From NCBI GenBank assembly GCA_964514975.1, contig CAZESS010000007.1:8028-72027 (forward strand): a stretch of DNA of 64,000 nt, read 5' to 3'. The DNA comes from an uncultured Thermoplasmatales archaeon. Its GTDB lineage: Archaea > Thermoplasmatota > E2 > UBA202 > DSCA01. Below, piece by piece: positions 55,459 to 64,000 of the stretch (position 1 is its first letter; each line of letters starts with the position of its first letter). Position numbers and translations under genes: made by a program. The notes beneath the pieces were generated by a model. That model was not told the origin of the DNA. It did not search any database and saw only the letters and a program-made list of their open reading frames with translations.

Positions 55459-58197
55459 CTATGGACACCCGCCGTGCCAGACGCCCGATGTGTCGGTCTC
55501 GACAAAGACGGCCGTCCCGCGCTCTATCGGAAAATTATGTGACGGCGGGGAAATACCCATCACGAATGAGGTAAACGATTGCGTGGCGGCGTCCCATTTG
55601 CTCACGATCGTGCAGTTATCGATGCTCCCCCCGAAACCCTGCGCCGTCGTATCCGACGCGTTGCACCAGCCGACCAAATTGAAGCCCGGTTCCATAGCAA
55701 TGGAGATATGTACAGGGGCGTCCCCACAAACGGTGAATGTGACGGGAGATGTAAGATGTACCATGTATCCATGCCCCGGCTCGATGGCGTAACTATACTG
55801 GGGCGGCGAGACATTGACCAGATATGTCAGGAAACATTCATCGGAAGCATCATATGCAGCTACAATGGTGCATCCCGGGAGAGCCGCGCCCAGCGCCTTT
55901 GCGGTGTAGTTGGCCTGCACCGGGATGGTGAACACGTTCCATCCCTGCTCGAAGTGGAACACCTGTCTGACCTCGACGATCCGGAAGCCACGGCCGGCAG
56001 AGGTGTCAATGTTGCCGCTGCTGTCCGACGCGCAGACAGTGTAGCTGTAATTGCCCACGAGGTCATGGGTGACGCTTCGGTAATACGTGTCATCGGTGCC
56101 GTGCTGCATCGAAAGATTGGTGACGGTGCCGTCGGGCGCGGTCACGCTGAGCACGACATCGGCGACCATCCGGTTGTCGGACACCCTGGCCGTGATGTTG
56201 ACCGGCTGCCCCTGCTCCTGGACCTCCGGCGCCGCCTCGACGTCGGCAACAACGGGCTGCTCTGTGTCCGGCGGCGGCGTCTGCAGCGCGATGGCGGGGT
56301 CGCCGAAGAGCGTGATTTCGTAGTAGCACCAGCGCATGCAGTCCTCGTTGATGCGCCAGACGTTGTCCTCCCTGGCGTTTTGCAGCGCCCGGCCGAGGCG
56401 TATGAGGCTGTCGTTGTAGACGGCGTCCCAGAACGCCCGGTTGTAGCGGTGGGAGGCGCCGTCGGTGCTGTTGTATGCACCCCATCCCTGCCGGGTGTTC
56501 ATCACGGCGGCGAAGGCGCCGTGGGCGCTGCCGATGAGCTGCTCGGCGAAGCAGTCGTCGCTGTCGAATGCGCCGGCGAGACAGGTCTGTGAATATATGA
56601 ACGGGTAATGGGTGTTGGTGAGCGCGTTGACGTCGCTCATGGTCATTTTCATGGCGGTTGTGATGCTGCCGTGGCCGAAGTGGTTGATGACGTGGACGCC
56701 GTTGTTGATGATGCCGGTCAGCGCGGATGTCGGCCACCCGGATGTGTATGGCGAGGTGATGTCGAAGCCGGGCCAGTCGCGGTCGTAGAGGGTGGTGATG
56801 TTGTATTCCGCGTCGGGGATGCCGGTCGTGGTGTAGCCATGGGCGGTGGAGCCGTCGATGAGCTGGTCGAGATATGCGCCGCCGTAGTCGGCGACACCGC
56901 CGAACCCGAGGTATTCTCCCGGCAGCAGCACCCGTTCGAGATATGTATGGTTTGTCTGCTGGTAGGCGAGCGTTTTTCTCACAAAGTTGGCGACCTCTGT
57001 GGGATTGTCGACGGGCGCCCGGCCAATGTATACCTCCGCGTAGAGGTCGGCCTCGTCCTGCCCCTGCGCGTTGCCCGTCGCGTTTTCCCCCCATCTGTCG
57101 TCCTGGTCCTGGTTCCAGTTGCCGTCGAGGCAGGCATAGTAGACATCCGACGGGATGCTGCCGGTGTAGCCATCGCCGGATGCGGGTGCTCCCTCTGCAG
57201 TCGCATATAATTTCCGGGCGGGGATGACCGGGGTGCCGGTGTCTCCGTCCCCTGCCAGCAGCACGTATTCGGTATCCCATTCAAGGTAGGCATGTCTGAT
57301 GAACGCCCGTATCTGCGCCTGGGTGTCGTTGAACATGGGCGTTGCGTTCCAGTATGCAGGCGTACCCGTGATGTTTTGGACGGTGACGATGGTCGCGTTC
57401 AGTCCCTGCGCTGTCTTGCTCGCTGCCAGGTCCTGCAGGGTATGGTTTCCCTGCATGTTTTTCAGCGTTTCGCTCGTGATGATGACATAGTCATAGGACG
57501 GGGTATCGGTGGTGCGCTGCCCGCCGCCGTGCAGCGGATATTGCTGGAGCATGCCCGGGTTGTCGACCATGTCCCTGACCCTGCTTGTATCTGACGGGCT
57601 CCCCCGGTACAGCGTGGATGGCTCGCCCGCCGATGTCGTGGTGACGGTGACCGTCATGTCCGTGTGGTAGGAAAGGGTGCCGGATGCCGCCCCGTAGCGG
57701 ACGGGGTGGAGCTGGACGGTGAGGATGGGGTAGCCCCGGTATGACTGCACGCCAGCCGTGTGGTATGGCCGGGCGGGATAGACCTCTCGGGTTGTTACGG
57801 GCGGGCGGGCTGCCTGGCCGTGCGATGTGCTGCCGAGCGGCACCTGTGGGCCGGCTGTGGGCAGGTCGATGCCGGTGGCGGCGATGGCTGCATCGCTACA
57901 TGTGACATCTATCGTGGATACGGTGTGCCCGGGCGGCAGGAGCAGCCGGACGGGCTTGACCGGCAGGGAGGGATGCCCCGCCTGCGCCGTGGCCGGGAGA
58001 TCGGACATGGTGACCCGTGCGGCTCCGTCATGGCTAGAAATCACGGGTGATGAAAAATGACAGGTGATGGATATGCCGTCGGTGTCGTCGTCACCGCCAT
58101 CGGGGAAAAGAGAGAGAACGCGGCTGCTTCCGCTGACGAGGAGGATGCCGGTCACGATGAATGTGAGAACGAGGTGCCCATATCTCCCATGATGCAT
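55459..58197 (-). CDS. Secreted C25 gingipain-family peptidase with tandem C-terminal GWN modules
   Basis: YVLLAGD, SDVYYAC, YIGRAP, HFGHG, QTCLAG, LFGDP. Start MHHGRY at 58197 preferred because a TATA-like TTTATAAC lies about 25 bp upstream. Confidence 0.88.
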   Translation of the reverse strand: MHHGRYGHLVLTFIVTGILLVSGSSRVLSLFPDGGDDDTDGISITCHFSSPVISSHDGAARVTMSDLPATAQAGHPSLPVKPVRLLLPPGHTVSTIDVTCSDAAIAATGIDLPTAGPQVPLGSTSHGQAARPPVTTREVYPARPYHTAGVQSYRGYPILTVQLHPVRYGAASGTLSYHTDMTVTVTTTSAGEPSTLYRGSPSDTSRVRDMVDNPGMLQQYPLHGGGQRTTDTPSYDYVIITSETLKNMQGNHTLQDLAASKTAQGLNATIVTVQNITGTPAYWNATPMFNDTQAQIRAFIRHAYLEWDTEYVLLAGDGDTGTPVIPARKLYATAEGAPASGDGYTGSIPSDVYYACLDGNWNQDQDDRWGENATGNAQGQDEADLYAEVYIGRAPVDNPTEVANFVRKTLAYQQTNHTYLERVLLPGEYLGFGGVADYGGAYLDQLIDGSTAHGYTTTGIPDAEYNITTLYDRDWPGFDITSPYTSGWPTSALTGIINNGVHVINHFGHGSITTAMKMTMSDVNALTNTHYPFIYSQTCLAGAFDSDDCFAEQLIGSAHGAFAAVMNTRQGWGAYNSTDGASHRYNRAFWDAVYNDSLIRLGRALQNAREDNVWRINEDCMRWCYYEITLFGDPAIALQTPPPDTEQPVVADVEAAPEVQEQGQPVNITARVSDNRMVADVVLSVTAPDGTVTNLSMQHGTDDTYYRSVTHDLVGNYSYTVCASDSSGNIDTSAGRGFRIVEVRQVFHFEQGWNVFTIPVQANYTAKALGAALPGCTIVAAYDASDECFLTYLVNVSPPQYSYAIEPGHGYMVHLTSPVTFTVCGDAPVHISIAMEPGFNLVGWCNASDTTAQGFGGSIDNCTIVSKWDAATQSFTSFVMGISPPSHNFPIERGTAVFVETDTSGVWHGGCP

Positions 58198-58322
58198 GAT
58201 TCCATAATATGATGCAACGTTATAAATATTGCGAGTGATGAACATGGAGCTGGAGGGGGAGGTGAATCTGTCACGGCATCCTCAGGGTGCATGTTCCATG
58301 GGGGAGATATGACTGCCGCCGT

Positions 58323-61300
58323 TTAGCCCTGCCCGTTCCATGTGCCCGGCGCGGTGACGTAGACGAACACGCCCATGCCCCTGGTGATGGTAAACCCGGG
58401 CGGCGGCGTCACACCGACCGTGTAGGACTCAAACGTGCTGCTCGACGCGTTCCAGTAGGCAGCGATGCTGCAATAGGGCACCGACGGGGCGAGCGAGCTC
58501 GCACTCGTTGCAGCGGCATCAAACCAGCCAATCGTGTTCCAGCCCGTGTACAGGTCAACCGCAACGGTTGACAATGGCGCACCGGTCACCGAAAACGTAT
58601 CGGAGGTGTTCACATACACAAAGTAGCCGACGCCGTCCTCGATAGCGAAACCATCACCGGGCGTCACACCAACCACATAGGACTCAAACATGCCCGCGGA
58701 GGCGTTCCAGTATGCCACAATATCACAGCCCGGAATCGCATTGCCCAGCGAACTCGCAGAAAAATCGTTCCCCACAGGCACCGTTACCAGGTTCCAGCCC
58801 GCCTCCAACGGGATGTCAACCGAGGTGGAAGCGTTTTCCTGTGTACCGAAGATGAAAATGTCGTCGATGTACCAGCCGGTGTCATCATGCACCGAGCCAT
58901 CCGAGCCAAACCGAAAGCGAAGCTGCACCGTATCCCCCACAAAACCAGTCAGATTAAACACCACCTGCTCCCAGCCACCACTACTCCCGCTAAACACCGG
59001 CGTCCCACTCGGAAACGCGGCATTCCCACCCGTCGAAATCGTATCCGGATATCCGGATATCGGCGAGAGCTGCTGCCAGCTGCCACCATCAACCGAAATC
59101 TCCACCAGCCCACCATCATACCCCCCCTCAATCTCATACCACTGCCAAAACGACAACGACACCAAACCATACCCCGACAAATTCACCACCGGCGACACCA
59201 ACCAATCATCCATATCATCCACATACCCCCCACCATCAAAACCACACAACCACGCATGTGTCGGCGAATGACTATCCGCCGAGGTCACATGCCACAAATC
59301 CGACCCCGAGCCGGCACCATGAACCCAGCCACCCTGCCCGGCCTCGACATCATCCGCAAAGACGGCCGGCGCAAGCTGGAACGACCACGTCATGTCGCCG
59401 GTGACGTAGACCGTTTCCTGGACGGGGAGATGCTGCCGGGCGCTCACCTTGAACACATAGGTGTAGGGGAGCAGGCTGAACGAGTAGTGCCCGTCTGATG
59501 TTTCGGTGCTCGCGACCTGCGTCATGGTGTCAGCCCGGTGGACGGTGACGTTCGACCAGAGGAGCTGCCCGCTGTTCGCGTCGGTGATGGTGCCGGATAC
59601 CGTGTAGTTTGACGCCGGCTGGAGCGTGATGTCATGGGTCTGCGAGCCGCCGGTGACGGTTATGGTGGCAACGTGGGGCTGGTAGCCGTATTTGTGTGCC
59701 CGGAACGTGTATTCACCGACGGGGATGCCGGTGATGCTGTAGGAGCCGCCGGTATCGGTAGATGTGCTGAACGCCGGCGGATTGGTTTCCGGGTCGACGC
59801 TGGAGTTGTACAAGGTGATGTTGACGTCGGTGACGGGGTCGCCCGAGCCATACTCGGTGACGGTGCCGCTGACGCTGCCGGTCGGCCCGGTGGAGACGAT
59901 GATGGCTGCGGAGCCCGTGGTGTAGCCCGCCGTTGATACCTCGACGGTGACCGTTCCGGTGCTGTCGGGCTGGATGACCATGGTGGCGACGCCGTTTGTC
60001 ATGGACGCTGTCGCCGATACGCCGGCCCCTGTCAGGGTGACGTCGGCGTCGTCGAGCGGGGCGCCGGTCGTTGAATGGTTGGCGTAGATGGTGACGGGGA
60101 GCTGCTGGTCGACCTGCATGCTGCCGATGGTGTCAACGCTTATGTCCGCCCTGTTGACCTGGATCGTGGCGGTCGCGGTGTCGAAGCCCGGGCGTGACGC
60201 GCTGATGGTCGCCTCCCCGTTGATGGATGGCGTCACGGTGAACATGGCGGTGCCAGCGCTGTCCGTCATGTCGCTCTGGTTGAGGCCGGCTCCCTGCACG
60301 GTGACCGTCGCCCCGTCTATCAGGGTGCCCGATTCGGTGCAGTTTATCGTGACGGTGAGCGTGTCTGTTTCCCCGACGGTGAGCGAGCCGGGGGTGTGCG
60401 AGATGCCGAGGTGCAATGTGAGCACGGAAATGTCCTCCTGCATGACCCGGTATCCGGGTTTGAGGAGCGCCGCATGGAGCGTGCCGACGCTGTCGGGTGT
60501 GACGGTGAGCGATGCCTGTCCGCCGGTGGCGTTGGTCTGCGTGTCGATGCCGGCTCCCTCCGCGGCAAGGGTGTAGGTTGACGTGTTCGATGACGCGTTA
60601 ACAAGGCCCTGCAGGCTCGGGGCGAGGACGCCGGTGACGCCGAGGCTGGGAACCGAGGCGGTGATGGTGCCAGACAGCAATGTGCCGCCGGTGACCTGGA
60701 TAGTGTCCTGATGGGTGTCGTAGTCTTCTTTTTCGACGAGGAGGGTAAGGTTTTCCCCATATGGCGGGGTGACGGTGAAGCTGATGGTGCCGTCCGGGGC
60801 TGTCTGGCCCGCTGCATCGATGCCCCATCCCGTCAGGGTGACGTTGGCGAGGAGCGATGCGTTGGTGTCGGCGTCCGCCACGTGGACGTCGATGGTGCTC
60901 TGGGTGGATATCGGGATGGCGGTATCGCTTATCGTGACGTTGAACGAGTGCGGTGGCTTGTCGGGCTTATGTCCGCCGTAGTTGACGTTTATGGCGTCGG
61001 GCTGCGGGGACGTCCAGTTGGCCTGGACAAACGGCACGTTGGGGTCACCGTACACCACGTATTGCAGCGAGCCGTCGACGTTGCCCGGGTAGGTATGGGC
61101 GCCGGGCGTGTACAGCTCGGCGACACGCGCCGTGGCATATGTCGCGGCTTCGCCGACGGTGTAGCCGTGATGCGTGGCCAGGTGGACGAACATGTTCCAC
61201 CACCAGCCGGAGCCGGTGAACGAGACGCTGGTGTAGCTGGCAACCGATGCCGCGCCGCCGTGCTCGAGCACGATTTCGTTCATGATGCCGTTGGCCATGA

Positions 61301-63179
61301 GGCAGGCGTTGTACGCGGTCATCGCGCCGTGGACGTTGTCCAGGTCGTTGTCGAGGTCGGACTGGCTGTAGCTGCCGCCGCCGCTGCCGTCGTAGACCCT
61401 GCCGTCGGTGGACGGCCAGTATGCATCGCCAAATGCCACCTGGTCACCTGGGTCCTGCGCGACGCCGTTGTCGATGTCGCGGACCGCGATCGAGGTACCG
61501 CCGCCGTGGCAGCTGATGTAGAGAAACGCGGAGCCGTTGTTGACGTCGTTGACGAACCCATGGTTGGGGACGCCTGGCTGCGCTGGATGGCTCCCGCTGC
61601 CCGGATATGCCCCGGAATGAAACCGGGCGGTGTAGGATGCGTTGAAGGAGGCGAACTGTCCCGGGTCACTGTCGGCGCCGTCACCCTGCCCCGGCGTCAT
61701 CAGTGGCGACAGGTTCGGGGTGTTGTTCTGGATGTCCTGCCAGGGGAAGTTGCCGTTGGCCGACGTCCAGCCACGATACGGCCAGCCGAACACCTCGTTG
61801 ACGATGTGGTTGGTGCCCCATTTGTCCATGGTGGGAGAGCCCGCGTCGACGGTGTGCTGGACCTCGTAGGCGTTCATGGCCAGCGTGGTGTGCTTGGGGC
61901 GTGGATTGGCGAAGATGGTCGCCCGGTACATGCCGTCACGGTTGGCGACGGCGATGTTGTCGCTGTAGCCGAGGGGCATCCTGCCGGTGACCGCTCCGGC
62001 ATTCGACGGATGGGCAGGGTCGCCGCTGATCGCCCTGTCGAAGGTAACGGCGAAGCCCTGAGCGCTGTCGTATTCCGGAGAGGGATTGAACGTGGTGACC
62101 GTTTCGAGGGCGTCGGTGTCGTTGCCGCCGATGCCTTCCAGCCAGGTGTAGAAGTCCTGCGCCAGGGTTTCCTCACCGCTCCGGTAACCGCGGGCCAATG
62201 GCTCGGGCTGCTCGAGCTTGTAATATGAATGATTTCCGTCTTTGATGTAGGTATCGTAGAGGGTGTTGCTCCTGCTGCGGATGGTGTCGGGCAGGAACAG
62301 CACGTAGCCGCCGTAGCGGGCGCCGGACAGCGCCGCCGGCATGGTCTGCGGGCCGTGGAGAACGGCGCTCAGCGTGGAATGGCCGGTGAGATTGCGGATG
62401 CGGGAAACAACCGAGGTCTCCATTGTGAGGTCGTGCGCCACCGATATCCCGCTGGTGGAGAGCTGCGTCTCGACAGCCGTATCGATGGTGTCCCCGATTT
62501 CGACGAGCGTCGCAGTGCTTGCGCCCAGATCCTGTATGATGTCGATGGTGTCGGCGGTCAGCGAGGACGGCGGGGTGAGCAGCAATGGGACGTTGGCGAG
62601 CGAGGCGAGCACGGCGGCGTTGGCCACGCTTTCCATGTCCTCTTGTGACGGCGCCGCAAGGTAGGGTGCTATCACGACGCTGTCGGCTGTTTTCCAGTCA
62701 TGCGCGGCCAGCTGGTTGGCGATAGACACCGGGCCGCCGGTGACATTTGAGGTGTTCTCCCAGCTGAGGTTGTACTGCGTGATGAACGTGTTTTTCTTTG
62801 CATCGGAGACGTTGCCGATGAAGTTGATGTGCTGCGCTCCACCCCAATCGTCCAGGTATGTTTTCCAGTCGTCCAGCAGGTGGCTCGTCGGCTCCCTGCC
62901 GGTGTGGTCGGTGGTGATGAGTGACTGGTAGACGGTGCCATTGTGATGGAAGACGGTCATGGGGATGCCGGCGAAGAACCCGTAGTGGCTGTCGTTGTCC
63001 GCCCCGGTGACGTTGACCACGTTCACCCGGGGGAGAAAAGTGACGGGCGCATGGCTGGGCGGCCAGCTTCTGTCATCCCGGGGAGCACTGTCGGCGTCGG
63101 CGGACAGCATGGGAACGGCGGATGCTGCGAGACATATGACAACTGCTACTGAAAAAAGTTTACGCATTAGGGGGTTCAT
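58323..63179 (-). CDS. Large secreted protein (1618 aa): cell-wall-binding-2-like N-terminus, divergent C25-like domain, Ig/carboxypeptidase-regulatory-like and InhA-like domains, GWN modules
   Basis: Signal peptide; LASLANVPLLLT; SCHGGG and YNACLM dyad, YVVYGDP; GSVSGTVT repeats; GWNLVTVPV/GWNTIGW tail. Confidence 0.82.
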   Translation of the reverse strand: MNPLMRKLFSVAVVICLAASAVPMLSADADSAPRDDRSWPPSHAPVTFLPRVNVVNVTGADNDSHYGFFAGIPMTVFHHNGTVYQSLITTDHTGREPTSHLLDDWKTYLDDWGGAQHINFIGNVSDAKKNTFITQYNLSWENTSNVTGGPVSIANQLAAHDWKTADSVVIAPYLAAPSQEDMESVANAAVLASLANVPLLLTPPSSLTADTIDIIQDLGASTATLVEIGDTIDTAVETQLSTSGISVAHDLTMETSVVSRIRNLTGHSTLSAVLHGPQTMPAALSGARYGGYVLFLPDTIRSRSNTLYDTYIKDGNHSYYKLEQPEPLARGYRSGEETLAQDFYTWLEGIGGNDTDALETVTTFNPSPEYDSAQGFAVTFDRAISGDPAHPSNAGAVTGRMPLGYSDNIAVANRDGMYRATIFANPRPKHTTLAMNAYEVQHTVDAGSPTMDKWGTNHIVNEVFGWPYRGWTSANGNFPWQDIQNNTPNLSPLMTPGQGDGADSDPGQFASFNASYTARFHSGAYPGSGSHPAQPGVPNHGFVNDVNNGSAFLYISCHGGGTSIAVRDIDNGVAQDPGDQVAFGDAYWPSTDGRVYDGSGGGSYSQSDLDNDLDNVHGAMTAYNACLMANGIMNEIVLEHGGAASVASYTSVSFTGSGWWWNMFVHLATHHGYTVGEAATYATARVAELYTPGAHTYPGNVDGSLQYVVYGDPNVPFVQANWTSPQPDAINVNYGGHKPDKPPHSFNVTISDTAIPISTQSTIDVHVADADTNASLLANVTLTGWGIDAAGQTAPDGTISFTVTPPYGENLTLLVEKEDYDTHQDTIQVTGGTLLSGTITASVPSLGVTGVLAPSLQGLVNASSNTSTYTLAAEGAGIDTQTNATGGQASLTVTPDSVGTLHAALLKPGYRVMQEDISVLTLHLGISHTPGSLTVGETDTLTVTINCTESGTLIDGATVTVQGAGLNQSDMTDSAGTAMFTVTPSINGEATISASRPGFDTATATIQVNRADISVDTIGSMQVDQQLPVTIYANHSTTGAPLDDADVTLTGAGVSATASMTNGVATMVIQPDSTGTVTVEVSTAGYTTGSAAIIVSTGPTGSVSGTVTEYGSGDPVTDVNITLYNSSVDPETNPPAFSTSTDTGGSYSITGIPVGEYTFRAHKYGYQPHVATITVTGGSQTHDITLQPASNYTVSGTITDANSGQLLWSNVTVHRADTMTQVASTETSDGHYSFSLLPYTYVFKVSARQHLPVQETVYVTGDMTWSFQLAPAVFADDVEAGQGGWVHGAGSGSDLWHVTSADSHSPTHAWLCGFDGGGYVDDMDDWLVSPVVNLSGYGLVSLSFWQWYEIEGGYDGGLVEISVDGGSWQQLSPISGYPDTISTGGNAAFPSGTPVFSGSSGGWEQVVFNLTGFVGDTVQLRFRFGSDGSVHDDTGWYIDDIFIFGTQENASTSVDIPLEAGWNLVTVPVGNDFSASSLGNAIPGCDIVAYWNASAGMFESYVVGVTPGDGFAIEDGVGYFVYVNTSDTFSVTGAPLSTVAVDLYTGWNTIGWFDAAATSASSLAPSVPYCSIAAYWNASSSTFESYTVGVTPPPGFTITRGMGVFVYVTAPGTWNGQG

Positions 63180-63240
63180 AGTCTAGAGTTTGCCCGCTAT
63201 ATAAATAGTTTCTGGAGATCGTCGTGGAAATGGCCAAACA

Positions 63241-63284
63241 AAAAAAGCGAAAAAGAGAGAGGGAGAAGAAGGGAAAAGGGTGGT
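63241..63284 (-). terminator. Pyrimidine-rich archaeal terminator
   Basis: ACCACCCTTTTCCCTTCTTCTCCC...TTTTT after stop 63291. Confidence 0.6.
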
Positions 63285-63290
63285 GTGTGC

Positions 63291-64000
63291 CTAGGTGGTC
63301 CAGACGGTGGTTTCGGTCACGTACACGAACAGTCCCATACCGCGGGTGACGGTGAACCCGGGCGGCGGTGACTGGTCGACCACGTAGGATTCAAACGTGT
63401 TCGTCGCGGCGTTCCAGCGTGCAACGATGTCGCAGGTGTCGATGGACTGTCCCACCGAGCTCGCACTGGTCGAGGTGCCGTGACACCAGCCGACCATGTT
63501 CCAGCCCGGCATCAGCTGCACCGACACGTTCGACAGGGGCATCCCGGTCACCGAAAACATCGACGATGTGTTCATATACACGAAGTAGCCGCGGCCGTTC
63601 TCGATGGGGAACGCCTGTGACTGCGGCGTCTGACCGACCAGGAACGACTCGAACGTATCCGTTGAGGCGATCCAGCGTGCAACAATCTGACAGCCTGAGA
63701 TGTTCTGGCCGAGCGAGCTGGCGGTGAGATTGTTCGCCACGGGGACCGAGAGCATGTTCCAGCCCGCGGAAAGCGGGATGTCGACGGTGACCTGCGGTGG
63801 TTCCTGGATCCAGGTCGTCGTCGCCGTCTGGTTGTTGCTGTCGTCCTTGTCGCCGGGAAGCTGGGTCGATACCTGCACCGTGTAGTTGCCAATGGATGGA
63901 TTCCATGCGGGCGTGAACTCCACGTAGGCGCCCGTGTAGGCGGTGACATCCACATATTCCATGTCGGTGTACACGATGTCGCCCACGTCACGCGCCAATG
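63291..64000 (-). CDS. 3' part of another secreted protein (CARDB-like plus two GWN modules); start outside the window
   Basis: Frame open to the edge; GDKDDSNN, GWNMLSVPV, GWNMVGW, similar to the tails of the two genes to the left. Confidence 0.82.
   Translation of the reverse strand, partial: LARDVGDIVYTDMEYVDVTAYTGAYVEFTPAWNPSIGNYTVQVSTQLPGDKDDSNNQTATTTWIQEPPQVTVDIPLSAGWNMLSVPVANNLTASSLGQNISGCQIVARWIASTDTFESFLVGQTPQSQAFPIENGRGYFVYMNTSSMFSVTGMPLSNVSVQLMPGWNMVGWCHGTSTSASSVGQSIDTCDIVARWNAATNTFESYVVDQSPPPGFTVTRGMGLFVYVTETTVWTT

Noticed and set aside
30300-64000. Many long plus-strand and alternate-frame ORFs (e.g. 39049..40353, 60711..62228, 55579..56592)
   Set aside because: Shadows of GC-rich minus-strand genes; no motifs and biased composition.
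1-64000. CRISPR array, cas genes or rRNA
   Set aside because: No regularly spaced repeats with unique spacers and no cas or rRNA motifs seen.

Overview
Archaeal chromosomal window (TATA-box promoters, two tRNAs with bulge-helix-bulge introns). The gingipain-rich secretome suggests a sediment Thermoplasmatota of the MBG-D/DHVEG-1 type, which is an inference. It has two halves. (1) 1-29249 is an AT-richer integrative defence island that abuts the 3' end of tRNA-Gly(CCC) and runs off the left edge. It holds a tyrosine integrase with a partner regulator, small RHH/XRE-CBS genes, a tandem paralog pair, a four-gene restriction-like system (DUF499 ATPase, DUF3780-like protein, DUF1156 methyltransferase, PLD-SNF2 helicase), a divergent McrBC with a very large multi-reader McrB, a broken IS, and an uncharacterised operon (Upf1/DNA2-like helicase, UvrD-like helicase, RNase J-like nuclease) that is the best candidate for a new defence system. 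(2) 29250-64000 is GC-rich host DNA with tRNA-Gly, tRNA-Pro and a same-strand cluster of secreted proteins up to 3110 aa, three carrying C25 gingipain-type domains. These share C-terminal modules, leaders and terminators. Some domain-sized patches have a sharply reversed G+T strand skew with Thr->Val/Asn->Asp-like drift, suggesting strand-specific hypermutation of repeated modules. All domain calls are by eye from motifs; no searches were run.
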